Source: Octopus vulgaris
Lineage: Eukaryota
Direction of reading: 5' to 3'
DNA length: 64,000 nucleotides
NCBI GenBank assembly: GCA_951406725.2
Contig: OX597815.1
Span: 100,688,001-100,752,000, forward strand
Position 1 is the first letter of the stretch; each line of letters starts with the position of its first letter. The translations under genes and the position numbers were made by a program. Positions 1-13,118 of the stretch are shown one piece after another. The notes under the pieces are model-generated. The model was not told the DNA's origin and made no database searches. It was given only the letters and a program-made list of their open reading frames with translations.

Positions 1-523
1 TAGTGGGGGGAATTTTACAATGCCGATTTTTGGCAATTTTCTGGAACCTCCGTATCCGAAAACGGGGTTTTTTGGCAAAAAAATAAAAAATAAAAAAAAT
101 TTGTAAGAAAATGGGGGTGGGGGAGGAAAGTCTTTCCAAAAGGTGAAGTCAACTTCGGTGGAAACTGAGCTTCGAATGTAAAAATTAGATGGAGGAAAAA
201 AATGTAAATAAAAAGGGTTTCTAAATTTAGGTGCACAAGGCCAGCGACCTCTTTGAATAATAAATGTATATTAAAACAAAGAAATCCAGAAAAGATGAGC
301 CCTCAAAATTGATATCGCTGAAATATTTTGTGCTAAAAAAAAAACTTTCCGGAACAGTTCTCTCGCAGTTGAATTTCAGAGACGATAGAATAGCGTAGTT
401 ATTTTCATAAAATCTGAAAAAGTCACCACAACAAACTAAAGATACAGGATTGATGTATCATCGTTCATCATCGTTTAACGTCCGCTTTCCATATATATAT
501 ATGTGTGTGTGTGTGTGCGTGTA

Positions 524-588
<65 letters not shown>

Positions 589-1879
589 AATCCATGATTA
601 AAACGCGCATCCTTTTACTTTATCAAAACTATTACTTTGTGTGGTGACGGCGGAAGAATTTTCTTAGACGTCGTGATGCGGTCGGCTTGCTCGTCACAAG
701 GGCGCAAGTATGAATATAATTTTGTGATATATGTATACAGGGAGTATACATATATTTTGTATTGTCCATGATGGGGGTGAGTAGATGTATCAGAACATTT
801 AGAATTTTGTTAAAACAGGAAGGCTCGATCATATTATAGATTTTGGCTCCGATTTCAAGTAGGTTAAAAGCAACCGCAGGAAAGTCTATCGTGAAGTAAA
901 CAATAACAAAAAATGCACAACAAAGCAATAAAAATAAACAACGAATTAAAAAAAAAAATCCCTCTTAAATTACACCAGAAAAATTTCTAATGACAAACAA
1001 AACTGGCCGCAGCACGGCGTCTAAAATAAAAATTCATCCGCGCCCGTCAAACGTTGAAAATTCATACCCATCAACAAAAGCGAAAACTCTTAGATTAGTG
1101 AAAGCGTTACAAATTTTGCAGTATACTGGGTAAAATGGAAATTCCGCATTCATTTCTTAGTGCAATTACAAGAATAAATGAAAATTATACCACTAGGAAT
1201 GTGTTCTTCTTAGCCACCACCACCCGCTCGCTCGATTTCTGAGCGTCTTAAATTCGTAAAACTTTGTAAACATTACGAGTGTTTATTTCTTCCTTCCAGA
1301 AAAGGCGTCGAGCAAGAAACTGATGTATAGCTTCCTTAAAGACAACCTACCAATAATTAAGTAAGAACTCTAAGAGGAGAATAATATAATTTAAAGAATT
1401 TACGAATCAATTTCACCAAAATGTCAACTTTTATGCTTACAAAGAAAAAATTAATGCTTGCTTGTAATGTAAGGCAAACAGCTAGACGTATGTTTTGGTT
1501 TTCATTAGACTTCTTCATCAGTATAACAGTAAACGCATGTTTACTCAAAACGAAAGATGGCCTTTTTTTTATTATTATTTACAAGTTATATTTTTTCAAC
1601 TGATGTACCCGGCAATGATGTAAAGTGAAAACATTCTTAGACAAATGGAAAGAAACCAAGAGAAGTTATGTCAAATTTGAAATGCTGTTGAAGCAAGCCT
1701 TAAACTTCTATCGGTGGTGATATGACGTCATTGTCATGTTGGCCGAATGTGTGTAATTATTAGTTTTTCCATCGGTTAAGATTACTGTCCATATTTGAAT
1801 TCTAACTTTCGTCAAAGAGAATTCTTTCGCGAAATACGGTTCTTAGAATTCAGATATCAGCAGTTATAAAAACCCCGAT

Positions 1880-2756
1880 AGTTTCGGTTGTAGTAGCACA
1901 GATTTCCGTCGATTTCCGTAAAAAACTTTTATTTTTTTACATAAGTAATGAGAGCGAAAGAGACTAAGAGGAAGCGATTTTACGACGAGAAGGTTTCACT
2001 TTGAAGTCGGCCTGTGTGTGTTTGATGGGGTGTGGGAGACAGACAGTATGTTGTGTAAGTGAAGTGCTTCTGTTAGTGTGTGCGAAGAGACAGACATACA
2101 TATACACATACACCGAGTAAAAAATTACGATGAATCGGCCATACATACATACATACATACATACATACACACACACACATACATACATACACACACACAC
2201 ATAGATACATACACACACACACACACATACATGCAGACATACATATACACATACACCGAGTAAAAAATTACACTGAATCGACCATACATACATACACATA
2301 CACATACACACATACATAGATACATACACACACACACACATACATGCAGACATACATATACACATACACCGAGTAAAAAATTACGATGAATCGGCCATAC
2401 ATACATACATACACACATACTTACACACACACACACATACATAGATACATACACACACACACACACATACATACATACATACATACATACACATACACCG
2501 AGTAAAAAATCAGTTATCTCTCTCTTTCACACATTACTCTCTCTGTCTCTTCACACACACTAACAGAAGCACTTCACTTACACAACATACTGTCTGTCTC
2601 CCACACCCCATCAAACACACACAGGCCGATTTCAAAGAGAAACCTTCTCGTCATAAAATCGCTTCCTCTTAGTCTCTTTCGCTCTCATTACTTATGTAAA
2701 AAAATAAAAGTTTTTTACGGAAATCGACGGAAATCTGTGCTACGACATGCGAAACT
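1880..2756. mobile_element. Foldback / non-autonomous DNA element with ~215-bp inverted arms and an internal composite tandem repeat
   Basis: 1880-2094 is the near-perfect reverse complement of 2542-2756. The interior has 4 copies of accgagtaaaaaat... (2112, 2255, 2368, 2497) separated by (CATA)n/(CA)n tracts. Confidence 0.8.
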
Positions 2757-5571
2757 TCGCCGGATTTCTTTATCTTTATTTCTTTAACCTATTAAGAAAA
2801 CATTTCTGTACTTATTGAAACAGCTATTATAGCGATGAAAACATGCACGTTCAGCGTCCTGGTGTATATAACGCACCACAGCGTTTTCATAGGCTGAGCT
2901 AGAATTTATGTATGGTGGTGATCAAATACTTTATAATTAAGTTGTAAGTGACTGGTTTATCACCACAGATTCCTGCTAAAGAAGTATTCATATTTATTAT
3001 ATTTTCTAGTCGTAAGTAGCATGTCATCATTTAACTTATCGAATACGTTATAAACAGATTAAATTATCAAATTGTTATAGATAGTCTCACACTGTTATAA
3101 ACTGCCACTCGTCCTTTTTCTCTATAATCTGTTATACTGTCATTGAATTCACATTATTTTGCTGGGGTAGTCTGCGACAGGGCGCGCGCGCGCGCAGAGG
3201 GAAATTTACCATACGTCCTGGTGTCATGTCCGATGAGCAAATTTGTCCCTTTCGACACTAGAATGTGCACAAATCGGATACAAACTCACGCAATTACTCG
3301 CGTCATATCCCTGTCTAAACCTAAATTTACTATGTGAACAGTGAGTGTGTGGTGGTACCTAAGTCGTAATAGCAAAAGTGGATAGGTATTTATTACAGTT
3401 TAAAGAGACTGGGACCCTGGATATATAATGACTTATTCTCAAGATTCAGTATATGTTATACTATAAATGGTAAGCCTTCGCACGCGCGTCTACTTACTGT
3501 TCTGATTGTCCTGAAATGTGTTCGAGTGTTAGGCTTTTAATACTTTCAGCTATGTAACAAAACTGACAGCATAATCAAAATCTTTAATATAATGAAGCAA
3601 TGTTATGAAGATCTATAAAGTTATGCATCAAAGCAGAAATGATCACATTTTATAAAACGTAGGATTTCAACGCGTCAGATGATGACCACCGTTATAGGGG
3701 AAAAAAGAGGGTTGGGACGAATTTTTTTTTAGAGATAATCATGAATATTTCACAGAAAATATGATTAGTTGGTTTACATAATCCCTAATACAATCTCTCA
3801 TCTATTTAAGACAGAAAGTCATTAGCTGGGGGAAATACACTAACCCCCAAGTATCTTTGAAAATAAAATACGTCTTCGTCAGTATTATTCTGCTTGTCAC
3901 CACATGTGATCGAATGTTATGCTTTTCAGAAATAAGGATATGTATAAAATATGAAATTTTAGTGTAGACAGTTTATAGTTTATAACTCGTGGGTGTAGTT
4001 TACTAATACACACATATCTGAGGAAACAATTTACCTTATTAATAATAACGCTGTAATTCTTGCATAAGGTATTAAGTGATTTTATGTAAACAATAGCTTA
4101 TGGAATCTAAGGATCCTTGAAGATTAGAAATTGCTGCATGTAAAGAGATGAGAATTCAAATTTCACTTAGTGACATTAATTATTCTGTGCCGTTGATTAA
4201 CCTAACTAAATGGGCTTTTTTCTCGTAAAACTTAACAAATAAAGACCAGCAAGGAAAGTGTGCGAAAAAGAAAGAACAGCAAAAGAAATAAAGTTAATTA
4301 TTGTTGTCAACGAAGAAATGCCATTTTCAACTATACAAAAACAAAAAAATTGCACAATATGACCATGGTTTGAGCTTAAATTAGAATTTCTTACATTATC
4401 TAAAAATCTCACACATTTTGTGGGTGGGGGAGGAGGTCCATTTTTACCAATTTTAATACACAAGTGGTAATACAACTATGTCGCATTACAAAGTCGAAAT
4501 AAGGAGGAATCTGTACGTGGTCCTTCCCCCATACACACACACTAGAAACAACAGCTAAGTCTCTCTTGAAACACACCCCAGCTGTCTTACAAGTGAAAGG
4601 GAACACATTGAATCATGTCCTCACGCATACTGTTTAAAAAAGGATATCACCACCAAAACAAAGGATTCGAAGGCCAGGTTTTGAACAACTTTGATCGTAG
4701 AGTCTCCTCAATCGAAGCTGGCCTAGGATGAACCAACAACAAGAATTGGAAACTAGGGTGTGAGATTTTTGTTTTTTCAGTATCACGTTGAAACTCATCA
4801 CGAAGCTTCTATTTCATCTACTACTTTGAAGTACATTCTAGTGTAAAATACATTTACTGAACACTCAATTAACAGGAGAAGGGGGAATAAAATTGACTTC
4901 TGTACACTTTCCTTTCTCGAGCAGGAACTGAAACAGATTTGTAAAATTAATTCATGAAGGAACTCTCAACTTTTCTCGTACTTACAGCTTCAAGTGTCCT
5001 TAAAATGAATGCAAAACAGAGCTAAATGCGTGATCTGAAACGTCTGTTGGGAGCGTCCGAGATCGCTCATAGAGTAATAATTATTTCTAACATCGGCAAA
5101 AGGCCAGAGGAGTAGTTAGTCGATTAAATCACATCCAAATATTGGAGTGGTACTTAATTTTATCGATTGCGGAGGGATACAGGCAAAATTGACCTCTGTG
5201 GAATTTGAACTTAGAACATAAAGAGCCGGAAGAAATACCATGAGATATAAATCTAAAAAAGGTACTCAAAAACCGCCCCACAACCTGGATTACCTTGATC
5301 TCGAGGATAGGTGCCCTTTCCTAGCTGTCGTTCTCCAGCCTATAGCCAAATGCTCAGAGCAGGCCCGTTCACGCGCACCATCTTCGCTACTCTCACTCAC
5401 TTTTTCAAGATTTACTCGGGATATGAGTGGGGTAAGCCGCATTTAACTTTCCACTTTTACTTTTTTTTTTTTCTAAATGAAACTTGGAAAAGTTTGGTTC
5501 AAGAGAAAAATTTGTCTTCAGTCCTTTTAACTCCGTTTATCCCACAACCTATTTCGCCATAGCTACCAGAC

Positions 5572-5693
5572 AGAGAAAATTGACCGTCCTTCTCGGCCAA
5601 AAAAGAGAAAACTTACCGTCCTTCTCGGCCAAAAAAGAGCAAACTGACCGCCCTTCTCGGCCAAAAAAGAGCAAACTGACCGTCCTTCTCGGC
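5572..5693. repeat. 32-bp minisatellite, ~3.6 copies
   Basis: Unit tgaccgtccttctcggccaaaaaagagcaaac starts at 5581, 5613, 5645 and 5677. Confidence 0.95.
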
Positions 5694-6361
5694 AATCTTC
5701 ACGATGAACTCGGCCTAGTTGATAGATCTGTCCCACTTGCAACAGCAGCTGATAGACAAAAGTAACGCTCTGACACAATGTGCGCGTGCAGAGCAGTTTC
5801 GTCACTTCGCGCGTATATCGGATGGGCCCGAAGAGATTTATCATCTCGAGCTGGTAATGCCCTCCGGCAGCACTTCCAGGGCAGAGTTTTCTGGCAGTTA
5901 TCTAATAGTAACAAATGTTACTTATTTCAATTTTGAAAGAGGGGTTAGTCGAAAGAATCGACCCCACAAAAAAATAAAGTTCATCTTAGAGGGATTTAAA
6001 CTTAGAACGTAAAGAACCGGAAGTACCACAAGGCATTTTCCGACGCTCTAATGACTTTTTAATCCACTACTACTACTACTACAATGTCTGGAACTTGGAG
6101 GGGGATGGTCGATTATATCACCCCAGTGCTCAGATGTCTCGAAAGAATGGAAAGCAGAGCTGACATCGGCGGCATTTGAACTTAGAATAAAGCCGGAAAA
6201 AAATGCCGCTAAGCATTTTGTCCGGTGAGTTAATGATTCTGCCAGCTCGCCGCTAAATAATATCAATAATTCTTTCTAATTTTGGCACAAGGCCAGCAAT
6301 TCTGAGAAAGGGACAAGCTAAAACTACTACTACTACTAATAATAATAATAATAATAATAAT

Positions 6362-6749
6362 CCTTTCTACTTTAGGCACAAGGCCTGAAATTTTGGGGGA
6401 GGGGATTACTCGATTACGGTGTTTCACTGGTGCTTAATTTATCAACCCCGAAAGGATGAAAGGCAAAGTCGACATCGGTGGAATTTGAACTCAGAACATA
6501 GCGACGGGAGAAATACTTATATCTTTACAACCCACAAGGGGCTAAACACAGAGAGGACAAACAAGGACAGACAAACGGATTAAGTCGATTACATCGACCC
6601 AGTGCGTAACTGGTACTTAATTTTTCGACCCCGAAAGGATGAAAGGCAAAGTCGACCTCGGCGGAATTTGAACTCAGAACGTAACGGCAAACGAAATACG
6701 GCTACGCATTTCGCCCGGCGTGCTAACGTTTCTGCCAGCTCACCGCCTT
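6362..6749 (-). mobile_element. tRNA-derived SINE family A, tandem/dimeric young copy
   Basis: Minus strand has a tRNA-like head (ggcggtgagctggcagaaacgttagc ... gttcaaattcc), then the core gactttgcctttcatcctttcggggtcga; the core occurs twice; (TAA)n on both sides. More degenerate copies lie near 5085, 6090, 7150, 8755, 10955, 24730, 37850 and 51900. Confidence 0.85.
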
Positions 6750-8149
6750 AATAATAATAATAATAATAATAAATATTATGACACAGGACAATGAGAAGCG
6801 GTGTTGTGTAATCGATTAGATCCACCTAATATATGGTATTTACTTTATCGATTACAAAGGGATGGACGCAACGGCAAAAATAGCATATGCAATAAATTGA
6901 ACAGGCTAATCAATTAATTACTATGTTATGTAGTAGTTAGTCCAGTATTTTGCTGTTTCTACCATTCGATAAACCTAGTTAAGCAACTTCTCTATCAAAG
7001 TTCTTCATGGAAGTTTATTTATCAAATATAAACGATGTTGAAGCGGGTGTTTTAACAAGATTCAACCTAAGACGGGATCTTGACAGTTTTAACATCTTAC
7101 TGCTAGCCAAGAAGCCTAGCTCAGCCTAGTTACTAGTTAATATAAGTTATCCTTTCTACAACATGTACAGGGACTGAAAGTTTTGAGGGAGGGGGTTAAT
7201 CGATACCATCGATCCCGAATGGATAAAAGGCAAAGTCGACCTCAGCGGAATTTGAACTCAAAACTCGGACGAAATGCCACTATGCATTTTACCCAGCGCT
7301 GGAACCATTCAGCTAGCTCTCAACCACCCTTGAGAAGTTACGTACATTTTCATCACTAATATTAACAAAAACACTGTAAAATTAAGGAATGTTTAATTAA
7401 TTTTTCGTACCAATGGCATTCGGCACGCTGACATGTCCTAAAATTATAAAAGTATTTCAAATAGTGTCACTATCACCCAACTTATGGAGCTGATTTCACT
7501 TTGTCGTTATTGACAATGAAAATCTTTAATAATTCTTCTCTGATATCTGTATTGAGCAAGAAACATTATAACAGGTTGAAAAAAAAATTTCCACACCAAA
7601 TACCTGTTTCAACAGTAAGAATGCAAACTTTCCCGAAGGCTTATTTAGATATGGAAAACAGAAAGAAAGAAAGGAGTACTAATATTTATCTTGCATTTCA
7701 CAAATTTTTTCTTTTTAAATGACTTGGGAGTAGGAAAAACAGAACCCTTTTTAGAGCAAGGAATTTATAGATCGGAGACCTATTTCGAATGTTTACTACA
7801 GAACAGACTCCGCTAAATATACTCAAGTAGCAGGTGGAAACGATAAACCGAGTACAAGTTTCAGTCTAAGAACAAGAACGATATTTCTGAGAGGCTTTCA
7901 CGCCACCCAAGACATTTCTCACAGACATCCATACATTTCCGTCCACCGATTTTCACTCACAAATCTTTGGTCGACCAGTGTCACAAAGTATGAACGAACC
8001 CAAAATCATATGGTGGGGCAGCGAACTTCTGAACTATACAACCGCGACATGATATTTCTACAAAAAACAATTCCAAAAGATTTTAATATCGAAGTTCCTT
8101 TGACAATACTCTCCTCACCACAACTAGTTATACATAATATTACTTTGAG

Positions 8150-8345
8150 CCAACGTGGGAGCTTCTATGTGGTCGCCCAAGTTACTCGAAATAGCAGCCA
8201 AATGTCCCACAAACCTTAAAAAATTTTTTTTTAAAAAAGACTGCTACATTGGACAATGTAGTTCATGATACACACAAAAACGTGTAGTCACAACTATGAA
8301 AATCACAGGCCTTCTCAATCAGGGTTCACCTGATGCTAAATAACA
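8150..8345 (+). repeat. Abundant ~200-bp old dispersed repeat (family D), representative copy
   Basis: Consensus ctagaaatagcagccaaatctccctcaaatcacacc...ggataatgtagtcc...ctttgatcataggtctgctc...ggggctaaacaacaac. It recurs about 30 times by eye, e.g. near 11700, 12400, 22020, 24880, 33640, 37400, 43420, 44510, 48930, 49590, 56020 and 56540. Confidence 0.8.
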
Positions 8346-9149
8346 TAATGCTGATATTTTTTTTTATATCCAAGGTGGTCGTTTCCTAATCTCATACACC
8401 GCGATATTTTCCATGTAGGTGTGTGCGTGTGTGTGCGCACGCGCGCGAAATTCTCTGTTAGCTTGAGAGTGGGGAGAGGAGGTCGGTGCTAATGATGATT
8501 GGCTTTACACAAAATCCTCCGCTAAATTTCGAATGCTATTTTTTAAAAAGAAAAATCACAAGCATTTCACTATCACTATTAAATGATATCAGGACTAAGC
8601 TATTGGCTTCAACACTGTTCGGCTAATTGAATTTATGCCTGTGAAATTAATGTATAAATGGCCCAGTGACATACAGAAGAATGTAAGTATGTACTCATGT
8701 AAATCCACATGTTGAATTAGCGTGACACGACTGCACTCCTGAATTATAGAGGTATTTGAGGAGAGAAAAGAATCAACTCCAATACCGGACTAGTAATTGA
8801 TTTGTTTATCGACTTCCAAAGGCTAGAAGGCGAAGTTGGCCTCAGCTGGATCTGAACTCGGAGCGCAGACAACCGAGCGAATGACTACCGCAGAAAGGCT
8901 CTGACAATTCTGCTCATTCACTGCCTACGAGTTGATTGTAACGCTATAATGGAAAATGTAGTCCACCCTACGAAAACTAGTCTTAATTCAACAAAGGCAA
9001 TTCACTCGCTCTCTTTAATAAAAAGATTCTATTTATATGCACCACCTGCTTAACTACAGCCGCCAAAAGCATTTTGAAACGGGTCACAAACAAGCCTTGA
9101 TATCTAAATTTCCGGACAACAATGTATGTAACGAGCATTAAGCACCCAC

Positions 9150-9534
9150 GGGGCTAAGGAGATTTTCGCACCTGACCTTGAAAAATAAAATGTATTCGGA
9201 TTCCTAGGTATCAGAGATTACGAATTTGCAAAAAAAATGAAATGTATTTGTTATATATGTGTGAATATTTCATTAAAGCAGGTATGTAAAGTGCACTAGG
9301 ATTGTTAAAACCCAGGTGTTTTTCCGCGTTACATACATTCTTTAATATACAACAATACATTTAAAATTGGGGGTGTAGGGGGTAGGTTGTGTGTGTGTGG
9401 GGAGTTTAAAATTTTTGGGGGGAAATTTTTTTTTTTTGGCATATTCGCAATCTCCGACATGTAAAACCTAAGAATCACAAACTTTTCCAGAAAAATGCAT
9501 TTTTCAAGTTCAGGTGCGAACCTACATCAGCCCC
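9150..9534. mobile_element. MITE with ~35-bp imperfect terminal inverted repeats
   Basis: Left ggggctaaggagattttcgcacctgaccttgaaaaat versus reverse complement of right end ggggctgatgtaggttcgcacctgaacttgaaaaat. No clear target-site duplication. Confidence 0.65.
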
Positions 9535-9892
9535 ATATAAAGATGAAGTGATTAATGTTACAATGGTAGCCAAACGGGGACGTCATGGACCAAGCATACA
9601 AGGGGTGCTAGATTTTACAACTGCGACTGCTTCATAAACCTACCGCTACTATCACCACCACTACTCTGCGGCGAGGAAATGAGGGAATGTCAACACGGTA
9701 GCTCGACTTGCTTAAAATAGCAGACAAGTTTCCTTCGAAATTACACCTGATCACCAATTTCAATAAATTGACTGAGGAGTGAAAGAAAACCATTTCCGGC
9801 ACTTATTTGAGAGAGTGTGGGCTTTAATCCCGTGGTCGCAAATTTTTTTTGGACTAATTTTTGCCAAAGCAAAATAAATAAATAAACAGTTA

Positions 9893-10222
9893 TTCTTTTA
9901 TTCGTTTCAGTCATTTGACTGCGGCCATGCTGGAGCACCACCTTTAGTCGAACAAATCGACTCCAGGACTTATTCTTTGTAAGCCCACTACTTATTCTAT
10001 GGGTGTCTTTGCGAACCGCTAAGTTACGGGGGTGTAGACACACCAATATCGGTCGTCAAACGACGGGGGGGGGGGGAGAGACACACACACACATATATAT
10101 ACGGCGGGCTTCTTTCAGTTTCCGTTTACCAAATCCACTCACAAGGCTTTGGTCGGCCCGAGGCTATAGTAGAAGACACCTGGCCAAGGTGCCACGCAGT
10201 GGGACTGAACCCAGAACCACAT
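9893..10222 (-). mobile_element. tRNA-derived SINE family B
   Basis: Reverse complement of the 23185-23552 family (gttcagtcccactgcgtggcaccttg..., internal microsatellite, gtcaaatgactgaaac tail). Confidence 0.85.
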
Positions 10223-10241
10223 AGCCACCGTAAAATAAGTT

Positions 10242-10560
10242 AGGCGTGGCCGTGTGATAAGAAGTTTGCTTCCCAAAAACGTGGTTTCGAGTTTAGTCCC
10301 ACTGCGTGGCATCTTGACCAAGTGTCTTCTACTGGCCTTGTGAGTAGATTGGTAGACCGAAAATGAAAGGTGTGTGTGTGTGTGCTTGCTCCATCCCCGC
10401 TTGACTTACTGGTTTGCTTACGTCCCAGTAATGGTACAGAAAAACAGATCGGTAGAATAAGTACCAAGCTAAAAGAAGGAGAAAGAAAGTATTGGAGTCG
10501 ATCCGTTCGACTAAAGATTCTTCAAGGTATGGCTGCAGTTGAATGACTGAAACAAACGAA
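10242..10560 (+). mobile_element. SINE family B, head-to-head with the previous copy
   Basis: ggcgtggccgtgtgataagaagtttgc...gtcccactgcgtggca...aatgactgaaac. Confidence 0.8.
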
Positions 10561-12764
10561 TGATGAAAGATGAAGATAAATAAAATGGAGTTGAGTTCTG
10601 AGCTTTCAGTTAGGGACTTTTAAGAGAGAGAGAGAAAACAGTTGTGTAGTTATTAAAACATTTTCCTGTACATGCTTTTGCGATCAGAGCAATGGTTAAA
10701 GAAAATCATCCCAGCCAGCCAGCCACGACCATCCAATTTTGTTTTCATGCACGTTATTACTCGTCGGACTACATAAACGGGATGTAATTTCAGGAAGTGT
10801 TGGTTGGTATTTCTAGCAAGCTTAATGGCACATACAAGTAGATGCTCTCGTGTAGGTTGATGACACACTGAAATATTGGACTGAACACTTTGGACACCTA
10901 GTCCCGCTCAAATTTGTCCGTCATCCTTTTTCAAGTCGATCACATTAAATATCCCAAGTTTGGCACAAGACCAACAATTTTGAAGGGTGGAGTGGTCGAT
11001 TGCATCGACCCCGGTGCTTGACTGACCTCGAAAGGATGAACGGCAAAGTCGACCTCGGCAACATTTGAACAAATGCTAATCATTTTGTCCGACGCGCTCG
11101 CGATTCTGCCGCCAATTCGCTGCTGTCTTGTATTAAATATCAATAATAACATAATGATATATACTCGGTCATCTACAGCCTTAACTTACAGACACAAGAT
11201 GCTAATTTAACCTTACTCCCGCTACTTCTATTCATTCACACCTACAAATTCGAAAGATTTCCTAAAGGCAGATCTACGTTAGTTGATATTAAACTCAACA
11301 TGCATAAATAGCTGGAACATTTAATATGGGGTCGTTAAAACGAATGCTTGCTTTAAAAGTTATTTTATAGCGGAACTAGTTCAATGCTCTTAAAACAAAA
11401 ATAGCAGCTGCTCAAGCACAGACTTTAGTTTTCCAGTGTCACTTGTTAGTCAGGTTCACTCGAGTGAAGGGAGATAGAGAGATTTAGTAAATGAAGGAGA
11501 TATACAAAACAGAGGGGCGGGGGTGGACGCGAAAGTATGAGTGAGTTGTTAGCTCCAGGTGAAGCCCAACACAAGCAGACCTGATTTAAATCGTTCAGCC
11601 ACGCGCACTAAAACGTTTTTGTACAGAGAGAGAGAGAGAGTAACTCGGGCGACTTCACCTTAGTTATATAGCTAATATTTATTCACGTCAATTAAATTCT
11701 CTACGTTGTGAAGCAACCTTTTAGAAATAGCAGACAAATCTTCCTCAAGTCACACCCTACAGTCTTCTAAAAAGAACAGTGTATAAAGTGAGGATCATAC
11801 GATTCCAGAAGATATGGTTACGAGTGGAGTGGTCTCCATGTGTCTGTTCAAGTTTGACCTTGGTCTAAACAACTGGCCCAATGCGTGGCGAGGACGTCAA
11901 AAAGGCGGAGACATACAGACATCTGGAAGATTTAGAGCTGTTTGACCGGAGAAGGACAACACTTCTAAAGGCCTGAGAATGACAGTTCTGGTGAGATTTG
12001 ACAGGACTTTTATAAACTAACCTAGTCCAGTATTTCTATCGCATACTCTCCGTTGCCATAGAATACATAAAGTACCAAAAATAATACAGGTCTTTCAGTA
12101 TTTTCACCCCTCCAACCCAACATGTTCACAGCTCGATTTCACCTCTTATTCCTCTATGGTTGATAGAATCAAATTTATTTGTCTTCCACTAATTCTTTCC
12201 ATTATCACAGTTGGAACTCAATATGAAATTACATGGTGAAACTCACAAAACAAGAAGCTCCCGGAACGATCACAGGCACCTCGACACCGTTTCACTAACA
12301 GCTTCTACTCACGCTGCAAATAAACGCTGTTTACAGGAAAGGTAGGAATGTCACACATTCACATTTCCCTTCTCTTCCTACAGTGTAAAGAATCTATGAG
12401 CCAACAAGGAAGTCTCTAGATAGTTGCTCAACCTACTTAGAAATAGCAGCTAAATTTGCCCTAAATTCTACTCTACCAGATATGTAATCCTAGATATGTG
12501 TGAGCAAGGATAAGATAATCGGTCGTAGCTGGAACACCTTTGAGAACAGACCAGCCCTCATCAAAATTTACACGAGGCCATATATCACCACATATAAAGT
12601 ACTTGAGACTGAATTTACAACGATCAGGTATAATTGTGAAGCACTTGTAGAAACCCATGATAAAAAAAAAAAATTCACTGAATAAAATACATGTTCCTCT
12701 TTATCATTAAGTATTTTTAAAAAATGCAAAATAGATATATGGACTTGTAAATAATTTATACATA

Positions 12765-12883
12765 GGCGCAGTCGTGGCTGTGTGGTAAAACGCTTGCTTC
12801 CTAACCACATGGTTCCGGGTTCAGTCCCATTGCGCGGCACCTTGGGCAAGTGCCGACCAAGCTTTTTGTAGATGGAAACTGTC

Positions 12884-12939
<56 letters not shown>

Positions 12940-13118
12940 TCCAACATCACCGCTTAACCAGTGCTGGTGTGTTTACGTCCCCCATAACTTAGCGGTTCGG
13001 CAAAAGCGACCGACAGAATGAGCACAAAGAACAAGTCCTGGGGTCGATTTATTCGACTAAACTCTCCAAGGCGGTGTTCCAGCATGACCGCAGTCAAATG
13101 ACTGAAACGTGTAGAAGA
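12765..13118 (+). mobile_element. SINE family B with internal (TA)n
   Basis: ggcgcagtcgtggctgtgtggtaa...ggttcagtccc head and gtcaaatgactgaaac tail. Confidence 0.85.

Noticed and set aside
1-240. Homopolymer-rich start as a distinct element or 73-aa gene
   Set aside because: It looks like a degraded repeat or low-quality consensus; no supportable boundaries or homology.
2100-2520. CRISPR-like array (conserved ~30-bp repeat with spacers)
   Set aside because: The spacers are homologous microsatellite tracts, not unique sequences; there are no cas genes and the context is eukaryotic.
6660-6749. tRNA genes
   Set aside because: The A/B-box-like heads continue into SINE bodies and I could not form a full cloverleaf.
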